DNA of 64,000 nt from Promethearchaeota archaeon (lineage in GTDB: Archaea > Asgardarchaeota > Lokiarchaeia > Sigyniarchaeales > SOKP01): NCBI GenBank assembly GCA_016839555.1, contig JAEOUA010000011.1, positions 1 to 64,000 on the forward strand, read 5' to 3'. A program made the translations under genes and the position numbers. Under the pieces are notes generated by a model. The model searched no databases. It worked only from the letters and a program-made list of their open reading frames with translations, and was not told the DNA's origin. Position 1 is the first letter of the stretch, and each line of letters begins with the position of its first letter. This document shows, one piece after another, positions 1 to 9,232 of the stretch.

Positions 1-1
1 A

Positions 2-1429
2 AATATCTGTAGCCGATTCATCACCTTCTTCCTCGCCTGAAAAAATAACGTCTGCGACATTTGAGATACTATAAGAACCCGACCAACCAGAAGGTCTTCC
101 AAGAAATAGATAAGAATAGCCGCGATCTGGACCACCAGTTCCTGGAGCTCCGACAAGTAAGTCATCATAAGTATCGTTATTCACGTCTCCTATCCGAGCA
201 ATGGAAGTTCCCATATTTTCTCTATATTTATTCCCAGTTATACCCATATCTATATTGGATGAAAGCGACATATCCATCGACCATCCTGTCGCTTTTCCTA
301 ATATTATGTATAATTTTCCTGCATCTTCAGCTCCATCATCATTGGCTCCTGCACCAATCGCAATATCAGCGAAACCATCTTTATTTAAGTCTCCGAAAAT
401 GGTTGCTGCCGTTCCAGAGCTATCACCATTATTCTCTCCAATAAATGAAGCATTTACATTCGATAAATCTACATCCTTTTGCCATCCAGATTTTCGTCCA
501 AATATTAAATACGTTTGTCCTTTATAATTATCATACCTTCGACTGGCAATAAGAATATCATTATAATCATCACCATTAATGTCACCTATTGCTTTTTCAA
601 GATCGAGACCTATATTATCATCTGGATTCTCACCCCTAAATGAGGCATTTACTGTAGAAAGTGGGGTATTCATCGTCCATCCCGATGATTTCCCTAAAAT
701 TAAATATACTTTTCCGGCATCTGTTCCCCCATCATCATTCTTTCTTGCTCCAATTATAAAATCATCGTAGGTATCGTTATTTACATCTCCAACGCCTGCT
801 AAATTAGTTCCGGCGCCATCATTATTATTTTCCCCATAAAAAGAAGCATCTGCATCTGATAAATTCATCTCAATTGACCATCCAGACTTTTTCCCAAAAA
901 ATAAATAACTCTGACCTCTTCCACTTCCATGTGTATCATCACCAGGTATCCCAGCAAGAATATCATCAAATCCATCTCCGTTGACATCTCCAACACCTTT
1001 TACATTCATACTGGTTTTATCCCAATCTGGTTCTTCTTTTAAAGTTACATTCGCATTAGTTACATTCATATTCATTTCTAAAGTTATATTGGATCCAAAG
1101 AAGATATACGCTTCTCCATAAAAATTAGTAGTTCTATTTACATAGCATGCAATAAGAATATCATCATAGCTATCACCATTGACATCTCCTACAATATCTA
1201 TATTCTCTCCAGCATTTCTTTCTGCTGCCTCACCAATAAAAGAGGCATCTGCATCGCTTAGACTGATCTGAGTTCCAGCAGATTTAATGCTTGAAGTTTG
1301 AATGGTGCGTCTCGAATAAACGGTATCCACTTGTACCTGCATAACGCTTGTTATTGAGATCATACTCAAGATAACAAATAGCAATACCACATGTTTTAGT
1401 GTTTTCTTATTAGGTATTTTTAAGTTCAT
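2..1429 (-). CDS. FG-GAP repeat (integrin-alpha-like beta-propeller) exported protein; runs off left edge
   Basis: Not in ORF track (no stop in window). Manual translation: MNLKIPNKKTLKHVVLLFVILSMISI (signal/TM), then repeats GDVNGDSYDDILIA, GDVNGDGFDDILAG, GDVNNDTYDDFIIGA, GDINGDDYNDILIA, GDLNKDGFADIAIGA, GDVNNDTYDDLLVGA with G.xYxFFG segments. Confidence 0.9.
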   Translation of the reverse strand, partial: MNLKIPNKKTLKHVVLLFVILSMISITSVMQVQVDTVYSRRTIQTSSIKSAGTQISLSDADASFIGEAAERNAGENIDIVGDVNGDSYDDILIACYVNRTTNFYGEAYIFFGSNITLEMNMNVTNANVTLKEEPDWDKTSMNVKGVGDVNGDGFDDILAGIPGDDTHGSGRGQSYLFFGKKSGWSIEMNLSDADASFYGENNNDGAGTNLAGVGDVNNDTYDDFIIGARKNDDGGTDAGKVYLILGKSSGWTMNTPLSTVNASFRGENPDDNIGLDLEKAIGDINGDDYNDILIASRRYDNYKGQTYLIFGRKSGWQKDVDLSNVNASFIGENNGDSSGTAATIFGDLNKDGFADIAIGAGANDDGAEDAGKLYIILGKATGWSMDMSLSSNIDMGITGNKYRENMGTSIARIGDVNNDTYDDLLVGAPGTGGPDRGYSYLFLGRPSGWSGSYSISNVADVIFSGEEEGDESATDI

Positions 1430-1770
1430 AGTTTTTATAATAATTTTTTTAATTTAGATAAAAATTTATTTTTCTTATTACATAAAAATTGATTTGTCTT
1501 TTAAACAAATAGACATGATGCTATATAAAACTTTCCCTTTTATCGGAAGCTTAATATACATTACCTAGTCTATTAAATATATATCTATAGCAATATATTT
1601 AAAGAAACAATTTTCTTTATTTTGAAATTTTTAGTATATCTAATATCCTCTTGTATTTAAATGAAAAAATAATTATGCCACTCTAAAAAAGTTTTTACAA
1701 AATTTACAAAATCAAATTTATTCAAAATGTGTTTTCTAATAAAAAATAATATAATAAGGAAGAAAAAACC

Positions 1771-2199
1771 TCAATTTTTAAATGATTGTTTATCTATTTC
1801 TATACTCATTTTATTCATTCTATTAATGGTTTCCTTTAGGTTATTAAGTGCTATATGGGGAAATAGCATACTTATGTAATCTACGAATATTTCGCTGAAT
1901 TCTTTAATTACAAATTTCAATGTAAGCTTCCCTATATAATTCAATTGATCATCTAATAATTGTGTACCCGTAATTAGATATGATGTTTTTTTGGTAATAC
2001 GACGTCTTCGAGGAGAAAACAATTTTTTAATAGAGGTTTCTTTTTCCATATCTTCCAGATATTTTTTTAATGACTCCTTGGAGAGCGGGAAAGTTTGCAA
2101 TAAATCTTTTTTAGTATGATTATCCACTCGAAGTTTGTTAAAGGTAGAAAAAATCTTTAATATTTTCTCATATTCAGCTCTTATATTTTCAAAGTTCAT
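1771..2199 (-). CDS. hypothetical protein (ATG 2199 preferred to TTG 2214)
   Basis: Open frame, basic protein, no recognised motif. Confidence 0.55.
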   Translation of the reverse strand: MNFENIRAEYEKILKIFSTFNKLRVDNHTKKDLLQTFPLSKESLKKYLEDMEKETSIKKLFSPRRRRITKKTSYLITGTQLLDDQLNYIGKLTLKFVIKEFSEIFVDYISMLFPHIALNNLKETINRMNKMSIEIDKQSFKN

Positions 2200-2286
2200 G
2201 TTTAAATATCTCAACTCTCTAATATTAATTTATATTTAGTTATCATATTTTCAAAATTCATGTTAAAATACTTCACCTAAGATTTG

Positions 2287-2308
2287 ATTAGGTAATTAAT
2301 TACCCAAT
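2287..2308. promoter_or_regulatory. near-palindromic putative operator, copy 1 (ATTAGGTAAT-TA-ATTACCCAAT)
   Basis: 19/22 identical to the perfect palindrome at 2421-2442. Confidence 0.55.
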
Positions 2309-2420
2309 TTTTCTTTTCTATATAAAGGAAAAATCACTAAATCAACTTGATCATAATATGGAAAATAGGAAGAAGAGATTTTTTTTCTTCATTTCTTGTG
2401 GACTAAATTTTGATGAAGTC

Positions 2421-2442
2421 ATTAGGTAATGCATTACCTAAT
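2421..2442. promoter_or_regulatory. perfect 22-bp palindrome, putative operator copy 2 (ATTAGGTAATGCATTACCTAAT)
   Basis: Self-reverse-complementary; lies in divergent intergenic region. Confidence 0.6.
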
Positions 2443-2797
2443 CGTCATTTTTTGCCATCGCGAAGGCAAACCAACAAAAATATTTAAATATATGACTATC
2501 TTAATAATATTCATAATAAAGAGATAAAAGACTCTAAAAATAACATCCATAACTTAGGATAAAAGAACCTATGTAATGGGAGAATAAGAATAAATTTGCA
2601 ATTAGTTCAATTTAGGTTAGATAATTTAGAAGTATTTCCAGATTGTAAAACGCAGCGATTTATATTATACAAAAAATCAAGATATTCCATCATCTTTGAA
2701 TTACATTTTCCTCATTTTTTGTTTTCTTGTTTAAATAGGCATAATAATAGTTTTAGTAACTATAGAAATAATCATAAATTAGAGGTAATACGAAATT

Positions 2798-3766
2798 ATG
2801 GAAAAACAATATTCTAAAAGAAAGGTTCGTCGCAACGCAGGAGTGATTTTAATCCTCTTTTCTTTATGTGTTTTACCGCTCATTATGAGTATCCCTTCAC
2901 TTTTGCAAACTCAATCTCCCGAATTTACTTTCCTCGGGATTGATCGGGATAATTCCCAACAAGGGTTTAGTAGTGATTTTGGACCTTTTGAAAACATAGG
3001 AGAGTTATCCATAAATGACTTGATTATTACTCAATATGAAGACAGCATTGGGTTGGGTGAAAAGTCTCGCTTCATTTATAATATTTTTCCTTTCAATCCA
3101 CTTGAGGATGAGCAGCATATTCCACAGAATCCTTACGGAAATAATCTTTTTAGTTTTAAAATCCCGACGGTATTCAAGTATGAGAAAAAGCAAGGAACTA
3201 CCACTCGTAATAAGGTTTTAGATTTGAGTACACTAAATCTTATTCCTGGGATATATAATGTGTTTGTTACCTATGCCAAATCCTCTCTACTCTCTTTCCT
3301 ATACGGGTTCCATCGAGCAGAACCTCAGCAATATATCCTTAAGCTAACAAAAGATTATGTAAGATTGATGGGTAACCCTCTCTTAAATAAGGATGATATT
3401 GCATTCGGCAATGTATATACCATTGAAAATGCTCAAAATTCATGGGATGTGCATTACGAGGGCTATTTGTTAAATTCGAAAAATGAACCCCTGAAATATA
3501 AAACAATAGAACTTTTTTTGGAAAAGCAAAACCACTGGGTTAGTGTGGGTAAAATAATTACTAACGAATATGGCTATTTCCATCATGTGGAAAAGGTGTT
3601 TGGTTCATTTGAAGTGAACAGTTTGGCAAAAATAATATTCGAAGGAGATGTGTGCTATGAGCCTCTAGAGCTTATTGAATACGCGGGTTTAGAAACGGAT
3701 CTTGGCACGGGAGAATCCTTGTTAAAAAATATCCTTGTTAAAAAATGCCCTCCCATGCTCACTTAA
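2798..3766 (+). CDS. exported/membrane-anchored beta-rich protein; probable N-terminal fragment of a giant protein
   Basis: Basic N-terminus + hydrophobic helix (KRKVRRNAGVILILFSLCVLPLI); Ig/CnaB-like pattern GYLLNSKNEPLKYKTIELF...TNEYGYF; ends right after a 16-bp tandem duplication. Confidence 0.7.
   Translation: MEKQYSKRKVRRNAGVILILFSLCVLPLIMSIPSLLQTQSPEFTFLGIDRDNSQQGFSSDFGPFENIGELSINDLIITQYEDSIGLGEKSRFIYNIFPFNPLEDEQHIPQNPYGNNLFSFKIPTVFKYEKKQGTTTRNKVLDLSTLNLIPGIYNVFVTYAKSSLLSFLYGFHRAEPQQYILKLTKDYVRLMGNPLLNKDDIAFGNVYTIENAQNSWDVHYEGYLLNSKNEPLKYKTIELFLEKQNHWVSVGKIITNEYGYFHHVEKVFGSFEVNSLAKIIFEGDVCYEPLELIEYAGLETDLGTGESLLKNILVKKCPPMLT
3715..3746 (+). repeat. perfect 16-bp tandem duplication (ATCCTTGTTAAAAAAT x2)
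   Basis: 3715-3730 identical to 3731-3746. Confidence 0.9.
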
Positions 3767-3854
3767 GTCAATATGAATATTAATCCCAAAACCAAAATAT
3801 TTCTGTGTGGCCTTTAAATGATAATCTACTTTTTCCAAAATTATTTTGCGATAA

Positions 3855-6800
3855 TCGAAGGAAATCCCTGAGCTCTTCATCGGACTGGATTTCGATTATA
3901 CCAACATCGATTACGAGCAATTTACCACCGCACTCTACACCTATAATGATTATCCTTTCTACACCTATTATCATAAAGGGTTGGCTGGAATTCCCAAATG
4001 GTCTGATCCCTATCAATATAACACTTTAGGCTACGTGGAACAGAAAATTACGGGAGCCAGTACCGTTATGAACGCCATTTTTGGGGATGCAGAACCCATC
4101 TTAGATGAAATTCGACCTATTAGTTACGATGGTGCGATTCGATATATATTCGAGAAGCGCTCATATTCCTCTCCCGCTTCACCATTATTCCAGCCAATTG
4201 TGTTAAGTGAACCGAGATATAACCTCCTCAAAAAGCTCGGAATAGTGTCTCCGGGACATTTAGGCATTATAGTAAAGCATACAAGCTCATCAGGCTCTTT
4301 GGGAATGAACCCTTACTGCCTTACAAGAGCAGAAAGTCTACAATACGGGGCAAAGATTCCCTTAGCCTTCAATAAAACCTTCGGATATCCCATCATTTCC
4401 ATCTCACTTGCCATTAAGCAAGGAGGTCGCACCATAGATACCATTACTATTCCCGAAGAAATGTATGAAGTGAAAGGAGGGGATTTACTCCTTACTTCCT
4501 CTTTAGAAGACCTAGCTGAAACTTCAGATAAGTATAAGGTATTTATAGGCTCTGATACGGAGAGCCTTCCTTCCAACATGTATTATCAAATGGAAGTGGT
4601 ATTCCATCGCTTCGTTCCGCTTACCCCAGAATACGAGGGTTTAGCATTAGCCCAAGTGGGACACTATGCGGTCATGGACCAAATTCACCAGTACACCTTT
4701 GCGGAGATTTCCAGCAATATGATCGCCGAGATCGGCTACACCGAAGTGCTCACCATGCTTTCTACCCTAGCGTCAGCACCCGCCATGATTTTTTACTCCT
4801 ATGCATCATTTAGGGCAGAACAACAGGCAGAAACACAAGTGCTTAAAGAATTTATAAAAGGAATCCATGAAGTGCTATTCAAAGCATTTGTAGTAGCTCC
4901 AATCTCGGAAACTATTGAAGAACTCACCATCGATGTAATTCTGGAGGGGCTTGTTGAGGGATACCTGCGAGAATGGGGCTTTTCGGATAACTTCGGGCAG
5001 TGGTGCTCGCTCATTGCGACCAGCATCCGGGAGGGCGTGAGCCTCAGTAATCGGATTGATAGTTCCATTAAGCATAAGTCAAAAGCAAAGTTTGATTTAG
5101 AATCAAAAGTAGGCAAAATAGAATCCCAACTGAAATCGCAAGATCTTAACTCCGAACAAAAGCAAAAACTTCAAGATGAAAAGCTGGGACTTGAATCGGA
5201 AATAGCGACTCTTCAACAGAAGATCGATAGTAAGCTAGCCATACGCGACGCCCTTAAATTAGTGTCCAGTGTAATGTTCGCGGCTGCCTCCATGGGATTC
5301 GGCGGACTTTCTCTGGGAGGGATGTCCAGTCTTATCAGTACCTCCTATGATCAATTCGTCAAAGAACCACTTCATAATGCGCTCTTAAAGAACTCCAAAA
5401 AACGGACGATTGGGTATCAACTCGGACAAATCAATGCAAAAATTGACAAACTTCAAGAGAAAATGGAAACCCTCGATACCGATTCCAAAAAGTATAAAGA
5501 CTTAGAAAAAACCTATTATCACCTGATATATGAGCAAAATCAACTAAATGCCCTTAAGGAGCAGATTGCCAAGGCGTCCGATATATCGCAAAACATTAAT
5601 TCTGAAGTATTGGATGAAACGGGTTCCATAGAACTTTCTCAACAAGAAACCGAGGTGCGCCTGAAACTTAAAAAACTTTCTAATTTAGGAGGAAAATATG
5701 GAAAAGAATTTAACATACGAGCATGGGCTGATTATGCGCTTTCTCTTGATGAAGTTCAAGCACAAGAAAAAATTCAAGCTAAAATTCTTGAGTATAAATA
5801 CAATGAACATCGTTTAACTTTAGAACAGCGCAAAGATCACATCGAAAAGGAAATCCTCCTTGCTAAATATACCTTACAAGCAAATGGAGATCCTGTTAAT
5901 GCTCGTTATCTAGACATGATGGGAACAGTATGTACCGATCCTATGGTATATGCCACTCCTCGAGATAGAAGTCTCTTAAGGGATTTTTCTACCGGTGTTC
6001 CCAAACAAGCTCAAAATGCTTTTGTAAAACTCGATGGAGCGTGGAAAGATTTTGATACTCCCCAGATGCGCGCCTTATATGAGTTAGAAACTGGTAAGGA
6101 TGCAACTGGATTTGATAATCGATACAATCCACCACAAATAAAGATTGAACAAGAATATAAAAAATGGATATATAAGAAAGTAACTGTACAAGGATCCAAT
6201 ATAGCATTCAGAGTTCCTGCCATGATCATTAAAGAAGGGGAATCACATACAAATGATATTATTGACTATTGGAGAAGTAAATTGTACGATATGGATAAGA
6301 TTCATACTAAAGAAAGAATTATTGGTGAGAAAATTGAATTTGAATTAAAAGTTATCGAGCCTAATGGTAGAGTATTCACTTTTTATGAATTTAGCCATAA
6401 AGATATTGATATTTCTCAATTTATTGCGGATGAAAATATAAAATTTCCTATTTTTCAAATTCAAGAGCGAACCGATACCGTTAAATTTGAGAGAACACCT
6501 GCATGGGATCAAATGATCGAAGACGCATTAGCAATAAAGAAATCTGGTGGAGATTATCCTTTTGGTAAAGATAATCCTGCCTCCCCTATGCGAGATGAGC
6601 TAAATACTATGCGTGACAGATTAATGGTACTTCTTAATCATATGGTCTATAGTAATACCAAAGTAGATATTAATTCTTATAAAAAATTATATGCAAAAAT
6701 GGGAACAAGTCAAAAAGCATTTGAAGCTATTATCGGTAAATGCGCTAAAGGGTATAATAAGAAAGTTGATGATGCGGGTAATACAGTTTTTCATCCTTAT

Positions 6801-9089
6801 TTCGGTCCTAATCAAGAAACAATTGCAAAATGGGAAGCCAATATTATTAAAGATATTTATTTGGATTCACATCTGAAAGATAAATCTTCTAAAGCACAGC
6901 TTGTAAAGGATTTCTTTAATCCGTATTATAAGATGATGGGCATGGATTATGATAATGACTATTATTTGGATGCTTATCGCTTTCTATATACTCTTTCTGC
7001 TTATCTTTATGAAAAGGGTTATATTAGTGGTGCTGAACCCAAACAATTGGAAAAGGAATTTTCATCTGTTTTAGGAGAAAGTCATGACTTAACGAAAGTT
7101 TATAATGATTTGAAGGATGGAGAACATGAGTTGCCACATTCAGAAATTATTTTAAAGATTTTCCAATTATCAATAAAACTAATTCAAAAAAAAAGTGGTG
7201 CTATAGAAGATATAGAAATTCTTGATTTAATCAGAAGCAGAAATGGAGAAGATTGGAATTCTAGACTTTTTAGTTCTCCTGCTGTGGTTAGAAATCTTAA
7301 AAGTGAAAATTCTGTTTACAAGGAAAGCGCGTTTGGGCGATTTCTCATCGACCTTGTAGATGACGATTCTTTTCGCAGTGTTTTTATTCTACCGTTCTTA
7401 GAATATAAGGGTATTGATATTTTAGACCTTGATTTAGACATTGATTTGGAGCAAACAATTCGTAGAATTTCAAAATTACTTTTTGGAAAAGAAAGATATA
7501 TATATCAAAATCCTTCAAAGCCAATAATATCAAAATTAATGGAAAGTTTATATCGTATTCTCACTTTAAGTCAAAAGGATTTAGGTTATAATGTCCCAGA
7601 AGATAGGTTAAGGATCATGAAAGAGAATTATATTACAAAGATTCATAATTTTATAAAAAATAATGAAATAAGAATGGGAACTCCTAAAGGTTTCGATCTA
7701 GCTACTTTTGATGAAAATTCTTTTATTAATACTAAAGTGGATGTTTTCATTTATGTCTATTTATCATATCTGGTTCACAATAACATTTACTATGCTCCAA
7801 TTGAGGATGTTACTTCTTTAATGCCAAGTTTAATACATGGTTTAGATATTTCGAAAACTAGTTCTTTGCCTACTCTTAAGGGTACTGTCGATGAGATTGT
7901 GTCTTATATTGATGCTAATATAAAAAGTTATTATTCTTCAGATATTTCATATGAAGAATTTGCCATGAAAAACGATATCTATCAATTAGCAATTCACTAT
8001 CTAAATAAATACATAAATGATTTTAAGTTTAAGCAAAAGTCTGATACAAGCTTCTCTTTTAATTACGAGTATACTTCCATCGAACAATTAATAGCACATT
8101 CGAAATATATGTCAGATGAAGTTTTTGAAAATCTAATAAATCAAATTTTTTCTGCAGAAAAAGATAGTAAAAAAGCTTTAGGATTATATAAGAAACTTTA
8201 TGCGGAAGATCCTGGAATCGACAATATTTTGGCCCCTTCTTTGCTAACTAGTGCCGAAATGACAAAATTTGATGGAATTACTACAGATCATTTTAAAGAG
8301 TTCATAAAATTCTATAAAAATAAAGGTTATAAATTATTTGATTCTGGAAAAGTATCTTCTTCTAGTGAGGATATTTCCAAAAGTTTCATAGAGTTAATTG
8401 AAAGAATACAAGAATATGCATTCTATGACTCAGATATAGAAAGCCATACACATCCCACTTCTTATGTGGACACCGCGGAAATTCTTAGATCCATGGGGGA
8501 ATATTTAGCTCATGAAAAACCCAGTTTGGGTAGGGCGCAAGTCAGTCAAAATTCTTATCGATATTGGAATGGAAAAATTGATCTTTATTTGCATGAATTA
8601 AGCGGAAATAACGAATTTGCGATTCGCGATTTTAAACCTCGATGGGATGCAGATACTGGAGGTGATTTAAACTCTCATTTCATTAATACTTTTGCCCAAG
8701 TAATTGTGTATTGTCTCATTGAATTGGCTGCTTTAGAACAGGGAGTTGATATGAGTAGTGAAGAGATCACAATGCTCGGAGGTGTGTTCAATGAAAAGGT
8801 TGCAGTAGAATTTGATCCTAAGAGAATGTACATATTACTCTTCGATCTTTTGTTGAATGTGGAAAGTTCAGAATGGCATGATCATTTAGAGAAAGATATT
8901 GATCTGAGTTCTGATTATGAAGTTGATTTACCGGATATTTATAAGATGTTTTTCATTGATTGCTGGCAGATAGGAGATATTAAAGCCTATCTGGAAGCCT
9001 CCGGTTATACCGAAGCCCAAATCAGTGAGTATGAAAGTAAAATAGAGGAACTTCAAACAGAGATTGGGGATATAACCTCACCGCCTTAA
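3855..9089 (+). CDS. giant protein with coiled coils, hydrophobic helices and C-terminal RecB-type PD-(D/E)XK nuclease; putative polymorphic toxin, probably 5'-truncated
   Basis: Track ORF 3981-9089; the frame stays open upstream to a TAA at 3852-3854; GKIDL (8571), DFK (8628), QVIVY (8697). Confidence 0.7.
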   Translation, partial: SKEIPELFIGLDFDYTNIDYEQFTTALYTYNDYPFYTYYHKGLAGIPKWSDPYQYNTLGYVEQKITGASTVMNAIFGDAEPILDEIRPISYDGAIRYIFEKRSYSSPASPLFQPIVLSEPRYNLLKKLGIVSPGHLGIIVKHTSSSGSLGMNPYCLTRAESLQYGAKIPLAFNKTFGYPIISISLAIKQGGRTIDTITIPEEMYEVKGGDLLLTSSLEDLAETSDKYKVFIGSDTESLPSNMYYQMEVVFHRFVPLTPEYEGLALAQVGHYAVMDQIHQYTFAEISSNMIAEIGYTEVLTMLSTLASAPAMIFYSYASFRAEQQAETQVLKEFIKGIHEVLFKAFVVAPISETIEELTIDVILEGLVEGYLREWGFSDNFGQWCSLIATSIREGVSLSNRIDSSIKHKSKAKFDLESKVGKIESQLKSQDLNSEQKQKLQDEKLGLESEIATLQQKIDSKLAIRDALKLVSSVMFAAASMGFGGLSLGGMSSLISTSYDQFVKEPLHNALLKNSKKRTIGYQLGQINAKIDKLQEKMETLDTDSKKYKDLEKTYYHLIYEQNQLNALKEQIAKASDISQNINSEVLDETGSIELSQQETEVRLKLKKLSNLGGKYGKEFNIRAWADYALSLDEVQAQEKIQAKILEYKYNEHRLTLEQRKDHIEKEILLAKYTLQANGDPVNARYLDMMGTVCTDPMVYATPRDRSLLRDFSTGVPKQAQNAFVKLDGAWKDFDTPQMRALYELETGKDATGFDNRYNPPQIKIEQEYKKWIYKKVTVQGSNIAFRVPAMIIKEGESHTNDIIDYWRSKLYDMDKIHTKERIIGEKIEFELKVIEPNGRVFTFYEFSHKDIDISQFIADENIKFPIFQIQERTDTVKFERTPAWDQMIEDALAIKKSGGDYPFGKDNPASPMRDELNTMRDRLMVLLNHMVYSNTKVDINSYKKLYAKMGTSQKAFEAIIGKCAKGYNKKVDDAGNTVFHPYFGPNQETIAKWEANIIKDIYLDSHLKDKSSKAQLVKDFFNPYYKMMGMDYDNDYYLDAYRFLYTLSAYLYEKGYISGAEPKQLEKEFSSVLGESHDLTKVYNDLKDGEHELPHSEIILKIFQLSIKLIQKKSGAIEDIEILDLIRSRNGEDWNSRLFSSPAVVRNLKSENSVYKESAFGRFLIDLVDDDSFRSVFILPFLEYKGIDILDLDLDIDLEQTIRRISKLLFGKERYIYQNPSKPIISKLMESLYRILTLSQKDLGYNVPEDRLRIMKENYITKIHNFIKNNEIRMGTPKGFDLATFDENSFINTKVDVFIYVYLSYLVHNNIYYAPIEDVTSLMPSLIHGLDISKTSSLPTLKGTVDEIVSYIDANIKSYYSSDISYEEFAMKNDIYQLAIHYLNKYINDFKFKQKSDTSFSFNYEYTSIEQLIAHSKYMSDEVFENLINQIFSAEKDSKKALGLYKKLYAEDPGIDNILAPSLLTSAEMTKFDGITTDHFKEFIKFYKNKGYKLFDSGKVSSSSEDISKSFIELIERIQEYAFYDSDIESHTHPTSYVDTAEILRSMGEYLAHEKPSLGRAQVSQNSYRYWNGKIDLYLHELSGNNEFAIRDFKPRWDADTGGDLNSHFINTFAQVIVYCLIELAALEQGVDMSSEEITMLGGVFNEKVAVEFDPKRMYILLFDLLLNVESSEWHDHLEKDIDLSSDYEVDLPDIYKMFFIDCWQIGDIKAYLEASGYTEAQISEYESKIEELQTEIGDITSPP

Positions 9090-9232
9090 TTTTTTAAATT
9101 TTAATTTTTTTTTAAAGATTTTTTCTTGATAATTTAAAAAATTATAAAGGAGGAAAAAGTTTTTATAACCTCATCATTATATACCTCAAGAAGGAAAAAC
9201 CAAATTTAAATTGAAAACCGAATAATTCGCCT

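Noticed and set aside
61-770. Three plus-strand ORFs (127, 108, 63 aa)
   Set aside because: Antisense shadows of the FG-GAP gene
2596-2817. 73-aa TTG ORF
   Set aside because: No motif, weak start, lies in a probable promoter region
3780-4029. Short ORFs and the TCTACACCTAT repeat at ~3934/3958
   Set aside because: Alternate frames of the giant gene; the repeat encodes YTY twice and is not CRISPR-like
4313-6876. Nested and antisense ORFs within the giant gene
   Set aside because: Expected by-products of a long, locally GC-richer coding frame
8400-8800. Cas4/CRISPR adaptation role for the nuclease domain
   Set aside because: No four-Cys Fe-S cluster pattern, no cas genes or array nearby
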